The notes beneath the pieces are model-generated. The model did no database searches, was not told the origin of the DNA, and saw only the letters and a list, made by a program, of their open reading frames with translations. A stretch of DNA of 64,000 nucleotides from the human T2T-CHM13v2.0 reference genome, Homo sapiens. Location: the NCBI RefSeq assembly GCF_009914755.1, contig NC_060930.1. The stretch is one strand, 5' to 3'. Position numbers and translations under genes: made by a program. This document shows, piece after piece, positions 1-13,363 of this stretch. Each line of letters starts with the position of its first letter. Within the stretch, counting starts at the first letter, position 1.

Positions 1-406
1 TTTCCTACAGAGCACTATCAATTCTTATATATTCAATTTTTAATTTAAATAGATTTATTAACAGTTTAAACATAAATGACTAGCAAAATAGTCAAAAGAA
101 TTAGTGTCTCTAGGAAACAAAGTAGAGGAAGAGGAATTTACAATAGATTTTATTTGACTCCATGCAACATCTCTGCAGCAGGGTATAAATATTTGAAGAG
201 GTGTGTCTTGAGTCCAAACAAAAAAATAAAAAGGACTCTTGCATCCCAGGAGAATTTATATTTAAACTAAGCTATTTGTACTTGTTGCCCAAGACATATT
301 TTAGCACAGTATTTTTGTGGATCTCATTTCTATAATGATTTATTTGCGCTTTGCCATGTGTAGTTAGGTTCTGGTGAAATCAGATGATCAAATATTGGCA
401 TCTTAC

Positions 407-511
407 TCAGTTTGTGTTTTATAGACATGGCCTTATGTACAAGTTTGCTTTTCATCTTTTTGCACTGGAAATTTTGTATTCTTTCCTTGATATGATAACT
501 GCATTGAGCTC
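407..511 (-). other. Candidate 105-nt exon of an unidentified minus-strand gene
   Basis: Acceptor ttatttctaaacag|GAG (ag 513-512) and donor TGA|gtaaga (gt 406-405). Length is a multiple of 3. One frame is open (..AQCSYHIKERIQNFQCKKMKSKLVHKAMSIKHKL). Intron to the upstream donor is 197 nt. Confidence 0.35.
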
Positions 512-737
512 CTGTTTAGAAATAATCTGTGGTCAACAAACCAAGGATTTAAGTTCCAAAGCATATTAGACTCATAAAACTGGTATAGTCAAACACCTGA
601 ATCCCTTAGATTAAAAATATAAAGACAAAGAGAAGGCGCTTAAGTAAGTTAAAGCTGCCTTGGGGCACCAGCAAGTTATGGGTTGGCGGGTTTTATAAGA
701 CTACTTACCATGCCATTCAATTTAAAAAAAGAGAGCA

Positions 738-751
738 GTTACCATGGCAAC
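738..751. promoter_or_regulatory. RFX X-box motif GTTACCATGGCAAC; candidate promoter element of a minus-strand gene
   Basis: Exact match to the RFX consensus GTTRCCATGGYAAC in unique sequence, ~30 bp from a consensus minus-strand donor (ATG|gtaagt, gt at 708-707). Confidence 0.55.
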
Positions 752-2194
752 GCCACATCTAATGGTGCTTATGCTACCTCTGAGATACAAAATACCTTCT
801 TCCAGGGACACATTGACCAACGCAGCCTGTTATGGGAAGTTTTTCATGCCTAATGTTAGCCTTAGAAGACAAAAACTGTATTTCAAGAATATGAGGAATA
901 TACAAACACACACAGAGATCTTAGTTTGCAACATTCAAATATCACAACACATTTTTAACTCATTTTCTTTCTTTTCCAACATTTTTAAGGATGAAGTTAT
1001 TTTTCTAAACTTCAGGAAAATAAAATTCATTTAAGAGAAACATGTATAGTTTTGCTGATATATGGACATAGAAGTATTTTAAATTCTTCCATAACAGCTA
1101 CCAAATATGTATAATTTTCTATTGGAATAACACTTTGAGCTCCTGACTATTAATACAGAAATTTGGATATTACTCGTGTTTCAGTAAATTATATATTAAC
1201 TCCTGGCCAGAAAAATATGTTAAAGTCTTATTCATTTTTTAAAAAATTAAACCTCTTAAATGAAATAATTACTTAAGGAAGTAAAAAATAGTTTGGCTAA
1301 ATAGTAAAGAATATGGCCTCTATTAATCTCACAAAAAGAAGTTAAATAAATATCAAAGAAAAATATGAATACATAATACAAACAAAACATTTTGGTGTAG
1401 AAGGTAATACCTTTTCTACATTATCTCTCAGATGAGTTTTAAGAAAGTGAGTGGGATGCAACCCATTCCAACTTTTTTCTAAACAATAGGTAAATATGCA
1501 CCAATAAGTATTTTCTTATTCAATGGTGTTTTTATAGAGACCCATGTAAGGACTGTCTTAATGACTATCCAATACTGTGGGGTACTGCACTCAAATCCAG
1601 TGACCACAGCAGAAACAAATACCTAACAAAGGCAGAAGTTATATATCATATACCTTCTTTGTTTCATATATAGTTCTACAGTTACCAATTTGACATTTAC
1701 ATTCCTACTCACTTCTGAAAAAAAGACTTAGTATAGTTGCTGCATGAGTATTAGTGTGCTTTTAATGCAAACGTGGTTTACAACCCAAAGGTTTAATGCT
1801 TGCTCAGAACTCAAAGGTCAACTGTTATCAATGTAAAAAATTACTTTTTTAACAAAAAGTAAACAAAGTAAAAGTTTGTTGGAAAGTAAAAATTATTGTT
1901 ACTTCAATCACAAAATCACATTTTCATGCAGAAACAATGTAATAAATACAGTTTAAGCTCCCTGGAAGGCTCATAAAGCCTATTTGATCTGGGATATAAC
2001 AGAACTGCTTTAGACTTGCAATAAAATGTAATTGGCTATACTACATATATAATCAAAACATAAAGCTGAAGAATACATCATTTTTATTACAAATGCTAAT
2101 ATTTGAGAAATTAGATTTTATTTCAGCAAAATAATAGACTAATTAGAACTTTTTGGAGCTTTGAAGAAAACTTTAGAATCCTTTGAAAATTTTA

Positions 2195-2450
2195 TTTATT
2201 CAATAATTATTCAGAGAGCACCTACTCTGGGCCACGTATTGTTCTGGGGGCTACAAAAATAACAACATAGATAAAATTTCCAAGACCTTATTACAATGGC
2301 AGAAATAAATAATGAAGAAATAAACAGCAATGAAAACAAAAAATAATTTTCATTGTCACATATGCTGCAAAGTAAATAAACTATATGGCATGATAAAAGT
2401 AACTTGGGAAGGCCACTTAAGACACAGAGAACAGAGAGATGATTGTTGAA
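2195..2450 (-). mobile_element. L2 LINE 3' fragment
   Basis: ttattcaataattattcagagagcacctactctgggcc... resembles the reverse-complemented L2 3' terminus. Confidence 0.55.
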
Positions 2451-3465
2451 TTAATGTTTAAAAGATAAACAATACAAATTATAAAAAGAAAGACAGAAAC
2501 CAATTTCTTGCAGTGAAGGTCCTATTTGGGATGTCAAGATGATAGAAGGGGAAGTTTCAGCCTTCAACTCTCCCTCCACCCCCAACCCCCACCCAGAAAC
2601 ACTGATTTTAACAACTACACATGATAGCAATGCTTTTATGGTAGCCCAGTCATTTAGTTAAAATGTTCCAGCACCTCCATGAAGCAAAAACAAAACAAAC
2701 AAAAAAAAACTGAAGAATAAATACACTAAGGGGAGTAAGAATAGCTTCACTTTACCCATATTATCCCTCCCCAAGCGCAGCATAGCTCAATGCAAAGAGA
2801 TTCACTCAGCCTGTGATTTCTCCTAGTGGGAAAAAGGGAGATCAAATGAGTGCCTGGCTTCCCCAGCCTTCTGGGATGCCATCCAGGAGGCTCACTTGTG
2901 TTTCACCCCACCCAAAACACAGGGAATAAGCATAGCAAAAACATCTAGGGGCAGCTAGGAGCAGGGACAAGAGGAGAGGCTTAGTGGCAGCTGGCACACA
3001 AATCTCAACAAGCTGCAGATCCTACTGGCTGGGTTGAAGACTCTGCCTGGATCTCCAAACGCGAGTCTCATGGGGTGTCTCAACTGTGAACATCCAACAA
3101 GCTGACATATATCCTCAGCACTCTGCATGCACCACTTGATGTGGCTGGCATCCTGAGCACACCATAGACATCAACATGTATGTGCTCCCTCCATGGAGAG
3201 CACACATGAACCACCACAGATTGCATGTGAGCTTTCACACATAGGACACATAAATTAGCAGACAGCTCTGATGGATCAGGAGAAAGTGCACAGCCAAGAA
3301 CCTTCAGGTCACTGCCCTAAGGAAAATAAACAAAAGGCTCTCAGAGTCCAGCCTGCTTTGTGGGACTGAGAGAAAGCACATAATTCTAAGACACCTCCCC
3401 ACCACCACCACCACTGAGAAAGAACAAGAGAAATGGGAAAGGCACATTCATATAAAGGTCTGAGA

Positions 3466-3870
<405 letters not shown>

Positions 3871-4467
3871 TTATAAGCTAGTTAGCTAGAGTGGAGGATG
3901 TGATTGCTCCTTCAACTGCAGCAATGAAAGTCTTCAAGAAACATGAAAGGAAGACAGTAACACAAAGCTTCTAGGAACATAAAAAAATCAAAGAAACATG
4001 ACACCATCAGAGTAACAAAATAGCTGAACAGCTGACTCCAAAAAAATGTGGATATGAATTGCCTGACAAAGAGGTCAAAATAATTGTCTTTTAAAAACTC
4101 AGTGAGCTAAAAGACAACAAAAAAAGCACAATTAATAAAATCAGGAAAATTATGTATTAACAAAAGTAGAAATTCAAGAGAGATATAAATCATAAAAGGG
4201 CAGAAATTCTAGAGCAGAAGAATAAAATAACTCTACTGAAAAATTAAAGAGATTGAAACAGCACAATGAAGTAGTAGAAAGAATAAGCAAACTTGAAGAC
4301 AGATCATCCATTTCAAATTATCCAGTCAGAAAAACAAAAAGAATAAAAATTAGTGAAAAAAATACTTTGGGATTTATGGGACATCCTAAAGCAAACTGAT
4401 ATACACATTATATGAGAGTCCAAAGGGAACAACAGAAAAAGATAAAGGGGTAGAAAATTTATTTACA

Positions 4468-5480
4468 CAAACTAGAAAACCTAGGTGAGATTGATAAATT
4501 CTTGGACATATACACCCTCTCAAGACTGAACCAGGAAGAAATTGATTCCCAAACAGACCAATAATGAGCTCCAAAATTAAATCAGTAATAAATAGTTGAC
4601 ACATAAAAAAGGCCGAGGAGCAGATGGATACACAGCCAAATCCAGCAGTACATCAAAGAGCTATTCCACCATAAACAGATAGGCTTCATCCCTGGGATGC
4701 ACATTTATTGATTTTTAAAATCAACAATTCAACAAATGTGATTCATCACATAAACAGAACTAAAGACAAAAACTACATGATTATCTCAATAGATGTTAAA
4801 AAGGCTTTTGATAAAATTTAACATCCCTTCTTGTTAAAAACTCTCAGTAAATTAGGTATTGAAGGAACATACCTCAAAATAATAAGAGCCGTCTATGGCA
4901 AACCCACAGCCAACATTATACTGAATGCGCAAAAGCTGGAAGCAGTCCCCTTGAAATCTGGCATAAGACAAGATTACCCTCTCTCACCACTCCTCTTTAA
5001 CATAGTATTGGAAGTCCTAGCCAGAACAATCAGGAAAGAGAAGGAAATAAGAGGCATCCAAATAGGAAGAGAGGAAGTCAAACTATCCCTCTTTGCAGAT
5101 GACATGATTCTATATCTAGAAAACCCCATAGTCTAGGACAAAAAGCTCCTTAAGCTGATAAACAACTGCAGGAAAGTTTCAGTATCCAAAATCAATGTAC
5201 AAAACTCACTAACACTCCTACACACAAACAACAGCCGAGTTGAGATCCAAATCAGGAAGGCAATTCCATTCACAATTTCCACACACATACACACACAAAA
5301 AACTCTAGGAATACAGCCAACCAGGGAGATGAAAGATCTCTACAATGAGAATTACAAAACACTGCTCAAAAAAATCAAGACACAAACAAATGGAAAAACA
5401 TCCCAAGCTCATGGATAGGAAGACTCAATATCATTAATGTGTCCATACTGTCCAAAACAATTTACAGATTCAGTAATATT
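4468..5480 (+). mobile_element. L1PA (older, ~PA13-16-like) ORF2 RT fragment
   Basis: ORF 4831-5136 translates to L1 RT including [12 protein letters not shown] and [10 protein letters not shown]. There is an internal deletion near 4640. Confidence 0.9.
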
Positions 5481-5481
5481 T

Positions 5482-6242
5482 CTTTTTTTAATTAATTAAT
5501 TATTTTTTAAATTATACTTTAAGTTCTGGGATACATGTGCAGAACGTGCAGGTTTGTTACATAGGTATACACATGCCATGATGGTTTCCTGCACCCATCA
5601 ACCCGTCATCTACATTAGGTATTTCTACTAATGCTATCCCTCACCTAGCCCTCCCCTCCCCCGACAGGCTCCAGTGTGTGATGCTCCCCTCTCTGAGTCC
5701 ATGTGTTCTCATTGTTCAACTCCCACTTATGAGTGAGAACATGTGTTTAGTTTTCTGTTCCTGTGTTAGTTTGCTGAGAATGATAGTTTCCAGCTTCATC
5801 CATGTCCCTGCAATGGACACGAACTCATCCATTTTTATGGCTGCATAGTATTCCATGGTGTATATGTGCCACATTTTCTTTATCCAGTCTATCACTGATG
5901 GGCATTTGGGTTGTTTCCAAGTCTTTGCTATTGTGAATAGTGCCACAATAAACATACGTGTGCATGTGTCTTTATAGTAGAATGATTTATAATCCTTTGG
6001 GTATATACCCAGTAATAGGACTGCTGGGTTAAATGGCATTTCTGGTTCTAGATTCTTGAGGAATTGCCACACTGTCTTCCAAAATGGTTGAATTAATTTA
6101 CACTCCCACCAACAGTGTAAAAGCATTTCTATTTCTACACATCTTCTCCAGCATCTGTTGTTTCCTGACTTTTTAATCATTGCCATTCTAATTCACGAGA
6201 TGGTATCTCATTGTGGTTTTGACTTGCATTCCTATAATGAGC
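5482..6242 (-). mobile_element. L1PA (PA7/8-like) 3' end, 5'-truncated
   Basis: ORF 5716-6186(-) is the ORF2 C-terminus (RCWRRC..LLHCWWEC). L1PA 3'UTR and T-rich tail at 5482-5510. Confidence 0.92.
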
Positions 6243-7833
6243 AGTTTCAATCCAAAGAAGACTTTACCAATATATGTTATAATCAAACTCAAAGTAAAAG
6301 ATGAAATTATGAAAACAGCAAGAGAATAGAGGCTTATGATGCACAAGGGAACCTCCGTAAGACTATCAGTATATTTCTCAACAGAAACCTTACATGCCAG
6401 GGAGAAGAGGATGATACATTTAAAGTACTGAAAGAAAGAAAGTGTCAACCAAGAATACAATACTTTACCTGGCAAAGTTGTCCTCCAAACATGAAGGAAA
6501 GATAGAGACTTTCCTGGAGAAACAAAAGCTAAGGGAAATTATCACCATTCGGCCTGCCTTACAAGAAATAATAAAGGGAATTCTTCAAGCTCCAATGAAA
6601 AATTAACATGAAAACATATAAAAGTATAAAATTCACTGGTAAAGATAAGCATACAGTCAAATTCAAAGTTAAGTTGTTACCAATTAAAATAACCTGTTAT
6701 AATCATATAAACTGTAAGATATTTTAGTAACCCTCCTAGCAACCAGAAGGCAAAAACATACATTAGATACACAAAAAATAAGGAGAAAAATTTCAAGTAT
6801 ACCACTGTAGAAAATCATGAAAGGAAAACAACAAGAGAGGAAAAAAGAAACAAACAATTTACAAAACAACCAGAAAACAATTATCAAAATGGCAATAGTA
6901 AGTTCTTACCTATCCATAGTTTTCTTAAATTTAAATAGATTAAGTTCTCCAATTAAAAGACACAGAGTGAATGAATGGATGTAAAAAGAAAATCCAACCA
7001 TAAGCTGCCTGCAAATGACTCACTTTACTAGTAAGAACACACGAAGACCAAAATTGAAAAGATGGAAGAAGATATTCCATGCAAATGGAAATCAAAAGAG
7101 AGCAGGGACAGGCATACTCACATCAGACAAAATAGACATTTAAGTCAAAAACTGTAAAAATGGACAAAGGTCATTTTATAATAAAGTGATCAATTCCTCA
7201 GGAGGTTACCCATTGTAAGTATATATGCATCAAACATAAAGCATGAAAATATATAACAGATCTGAAAGGAGAAATAGACAATAATAAAATAATAGTAGGA
7301 TACTTTAATATTCTACTTTCTGTTATTATTATTAATATGAGTTTCATTGAGAAATCATTGTATACTTTGTGGGGTAAAATGTAATTAATTTCTTGATAGA
7401 TGTATACAATGTGGAATGCTTAAATCAAGCTAGTTAACATATTCTTCACCTTGCTTACTCATCATTTTTATGGTGAGACATTTGAAATTTACTGTCTTAG
7501 TTATTTTGAAATGTACAATCGATTATTATGTGCTATAGTCACTGCTATACAATAGATCTCAAAAATTGTTCTGTCTGAAACTCTGTACCCTTAGATCAGC
7601 AATTCCTCATTTCCTCCCTCCCACCCCACCCCATCCACAGCCTATGGTAACCATCATTCTGCTTTCTACTTCTGTGATTTCAACTTTTTTAGATTCCACA
7701 TTAAAGTAAGATCATACAGTATTGGTTTTTCTGCAGCTGGCTTATTTCACTTAGACTATTGTCTTCTGGGTTTCTCCATATTGTTTTAAATGACAGAACT
7801 TCATTCTTTTTTAAAGGCTGAGTAGTATTCCAT

Positions 7834-8196
7834 TATATATATATGTATATCTGGTATGTGCATATAGGTACATATGTGTATATATGGATATACTTTGTGT
7901 GGATATATGTGTGCACATATTTGTACATATACACATACACTCATATACATATGTGTCCATGTGTGTATAGATGTACATATATACACATATATACACTCAC
8001 CAGATATATACCGAAGTGCATATATGTGTATGTATATGTATATATGTACATATATGTATATGTATACATAGGTATATATACATATACACACACCACAAAG
8101 CTAAATGTCCATGGACAAATTAGTAAAGAACATATGGTTTTCTTCATTCATGTGTCCATGAACATTTAGCACGGGTATATGTGTGTGTGTGTGTAG

Positions 8197-8230
<34 letters not shown>
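7834..8230. repeat. Compound (TA)n/(TG)n/(CA)n microsatellite
   Basis: Directly visible. It explains the low-complexity ORFs at 7801-8169. Confidence 0.95.
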
Positions 8231-8857
8231 GTACATTTTATTTATTCATTTTTCCATGGACATCTAGTTTTGTTCTATATCTTGGTTAATGTGAATAATG
8301 CTGCAAGAACCCTGGGAAGGCAGAAACCTCTTTGATATATTGACTTCAGATTTCTTTAATATATACTCAAAAGTGAGATTACTGGCCCATAGTTCTATTT
8401 TTAGTTTTTTGAGAGACCTACATACCATTTTCTATAATGACTGCAACAACTTTACATTCCTATCATCAATGTACAAAAACTCCCCTTTCTCTGCATCCTT
8501 ACCAAAAGTTATCATTCCTCTTTTTGATAAAAGCCATTCTAATAGTTGTGAGGTCATATCTTATTATGGTTTTAATTTGCATTTTTCTGTGGATTAGTAA
8601 TGCTGAGCACTTTTTCATGTACATGTTGGCCATTTGTATGCCTTCTTTTGAGAAATGTCTCTCCAGGTTCTGCTTATTTTTAAACAGGGTTATTTGTTTT
8701 CTTGCTATTTAGTTCTTTGAGTTCCTTGTATATTTTGAATTTTAAAGCCTTATCAGATGTATGGTTTGCAAATATTTTCTTCCATTCTGTTTGTTGTCTC
8801 TTCACATTGTTGCTTCCTTTGCTCTTCAGAAGCTTTTTAGTTTGATGCTGTCCCAGT

Positions 8858-8913
8858 TGTGTGTGTGTGTGTGTGTGTGTGTGTGCATGCACGTGTGTAT
8901 GTGTGTGTGTGTG
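8858..8913. repeat. (TG)n microsatellite
   Basis: Directly visible. Confidence 0.95.
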
Positions 8914-9650
8914 TCTTTTGCTTTTGTTGCTTGTGCTTTGGGGGTGCTTTCCAAAAACTCATTTCCAAAGCCATTGTCTTAGAACTTTCCCCTTATGTTT
9001 TCTTCTAGTAGTTTTATAGTTTCAGATCTTATATTTAAGACTTTAATTCATTTTGAGTTGATTTTTATATGGTGCTAGAAAATGATCCAATTTCATTCTT
9101 CTGCATGTAGATTTGCAATTTTCTCAACACCATTGAGGAGACTGTGCTTTCTGCATTGTGTGTTCTTGACACCGTTGTCAAAAATCCATTGACCATAGAT
9201 GCATGGATTTTTGGGCTCTTATTTTGTTTCATTGGGTAATGTGTCTGTTTTATGACAGTGTCATGCTATTGTGATTATAGTCACTTTATAATATGTTCTA
9301 AAATCAGGGAGTGTGATATCTCCAGCTTAGTTTTTATTTTTTTGTTTTGTTCTTTGTTCAACATTGTTTTGTGTATTCAGAATCATTTGTGGTCCTATAT
9401 AAATTTAGGAATTGATTTTTCCATTTCTGTGAAAAATATATGAGAATTTTGATGGAAATTGCATTGAATCTGTGGATTTTTTGGGTAATATGGACATTTC
9501 AGCAATATAAATTCTTACTATTCTTGATCATGTTATATCTTTATTTGTATTCATTTCAATTTCTGTCATAGCTCTTTCATAATTTTCAGTATAGAGGACT
9601 TTTATCTCCTTGGTTACATTTACTTCTAAGTATTTAAATTTTTGTTGCTA

Positions 9651-11258
<1,608 letters not shown>

Positions 11259-12780
11259 ATTTTTTGTTGCTATTGTAAATTAGATTTTTTCCCTTAATTT
11301 CCTTTCAAATAGCTCATTTTTAGTATATAGAAAAACTACTGATTTTTATATGTTTATTTTGTGTCCTGCAACTTTATTGTATTTTTATCAGTTCTAACAG
11401 TTTTTTTGTGGAGTCTGTAGGATTTTCTCTATATAAAATCATGTTGTCAGCAAATAGAAATAATTTCATTTCTTCCTCTTCTATTTGGATGCCTTTTATT
11501 TGCTTTCTTTTCTAATTGCTCTGGCTAGGACTTCAAGTACGCTTTTGAAGAGAAGCAGTGACAGTGGTATTCTTGGCTTGGTGCTGATCTTACAGGAAAA
11601 GCTTTCAAATTTTCATTGAAAATGATAACAACAATGGGTTTGCCATTTATATCCTTTATTGTATTGAAGTACATTCCCTCTATACTAAATCTATTGAGAA
11701 TTTTTATCATGAAAGGGTGATAAAATTTGTCAAATGCTTTTTCTGCATCTATTGAGATTTTTTAATTATGTAATTATTATGTAATTTTTGTTTTTCATTT
11801 TGTTAATGAGGTATATCACACATATGGACTTGTATATATTGAACTGTCCTTGCATCCCAGGAATAAATCCCACTTGATCGTGATGAATGATTCTTTTATA
11901 GGTCGTTGACTTCAATTTGTTAATGTCTTATTTTATTTAAGATTTTTGTATTTATGTTCATCAAGAATACTAGCTTATAATTTTTGTTTCTTTTTATGAC
12001 CTTGTCTGGCTTTGCCATCAGGCTAAGGTTGGCCTCATGAAATAAGTTTGGGAGTTATTCCTTTTGAGATCCAGAAAGATTCATAATATAATTTTAAACC
12101 TTTTAAATTTGTTAAGATTTGTGTGTGTGTGTGGTGTAGCATATGATCAATCTGCAGAATGTTTCATGTCCATTTGAGAAGAATATGTATTCTACTGCTG
12201 TTGGATAAAAAGATTTGTTTATGATTGTTTGGTTCATTTGTTGTAAAATTCATGCAAGTTTAATTTTTTTTATTGAGTTTTCTGTCTAGATGATATTTCC
12301 ATTGTTAAAAGTAGAATTTTGAGGTCCCTCTACTGTTATAGTATTGTAATCTCTCTCTTCAGATTATTTAATAGTAGCTTTATATATTTAGGTGCTGTGA
12401 TGTTGGGTCCATATATACTTATAATTGTTATGTCCTCTTGGTGTATTATTCCCTTTATCATATTTAGTGACCTTCTTTGTCTCTTTTTAAAATTTTGACT
12501 TAAGGTGAGTTTTGTCTGATATAAGTGTACCTATCCTTGCTCTTTTATGGTTTCCATTTGCATGGACTATCTTTTTCTATCCCTTTACTTTCGGTCTTTG
12601 TGCATCCTTACTAGAAAATTGAGTCTCTTTTTAGGCAACATATGATTAGATCTTGTTTTTTACTCCATTCAGCCACTCTGTATTTTTATTAGATAATTTA
12701 ACCCATTTAAATATAAAGTAATTATTAAAGGTGAGGACTTGCTACTGCCAGTTGGTAATATGCTTCTGATTGTTTTGTGG

Positions 12781-12997
12781 TTTCTTTTCCTTCCTTCCTT
12801 CTTTCCTTCCTTCCTTCCTTCTTGCTTTCCTTTCTTTTCCCTTCCTTTCTTCCTTTCCTTTCCCTTCCTTCCTTTCTTTCCTTCCTTCCCTCCCTCCCTC
12901 TTTCTTCTTCCTTCTTCCTTCTCTTTTTCTTTTTCCTTGCTTCCTTCTTCCTTTCCTTTCCTTTTCTTTTCTTTCCCTTTCTTTCTTTTCTTTCCTT

Positions 12998-13043
<46 letters not shown>

Positions 13044-13089
13044 TCCTTCTTTCTTTCTTTCTTTCTTTCTTCTCTCATCCTTCTTTCTT
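12781..13089. repeat. (TTCC)n/(TTTC)n polypyrimidine repeat, probably the expanded tail of the adjacent Alu
   Basis: About 300 bp of almost pure pyrimidine abutting the 3' end of the minus-strand Alu. Confidence 0.93.
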
Positions 13090-13363
13090 CAGGGTCTCTG
13101 TGTCATCCAGGCTGGAGTCCACTGGTGTGATCTCAGCTCACTGCAACCTCTACCTCCACGTTCAAGCAATCCTCCTGCCTTAGCCACTCAAGTACCTGGG
13201 ATTACAGGTGTGCACCACCACACCCGGCTAATTTTTGTATTTTTGGTAGAGATGGGGTTTGCCATGTTGCTCAGGCAGGTGTCGAACTCCTGGGCTCCAG
13301 TGATCTGCCCGCCTTGGCATCCCAAAGTGCTGGGATTATAGGCATGAGCCACTGCACCCGGCT
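13090..13363 (-). mobile_element. AluJ-like element
   Basis: Reverse Alu with AluJ-like tcaagcaatcctcctgcc and ctcctgggctc. Confidence 0.92.

Noticed and set aside
7801-8169. Overlapping Y/I/C/M/H-rich ORFs, also at 19497-19999
   Set aside because: Microsatellite artefacts.
12725-13341. ORFs of 117-200 aa rich in K/E/R or F/L/S
   Set aside because: They are translations of the (TTCC/TTTC)n tract and the adjacent Alu, not genes.
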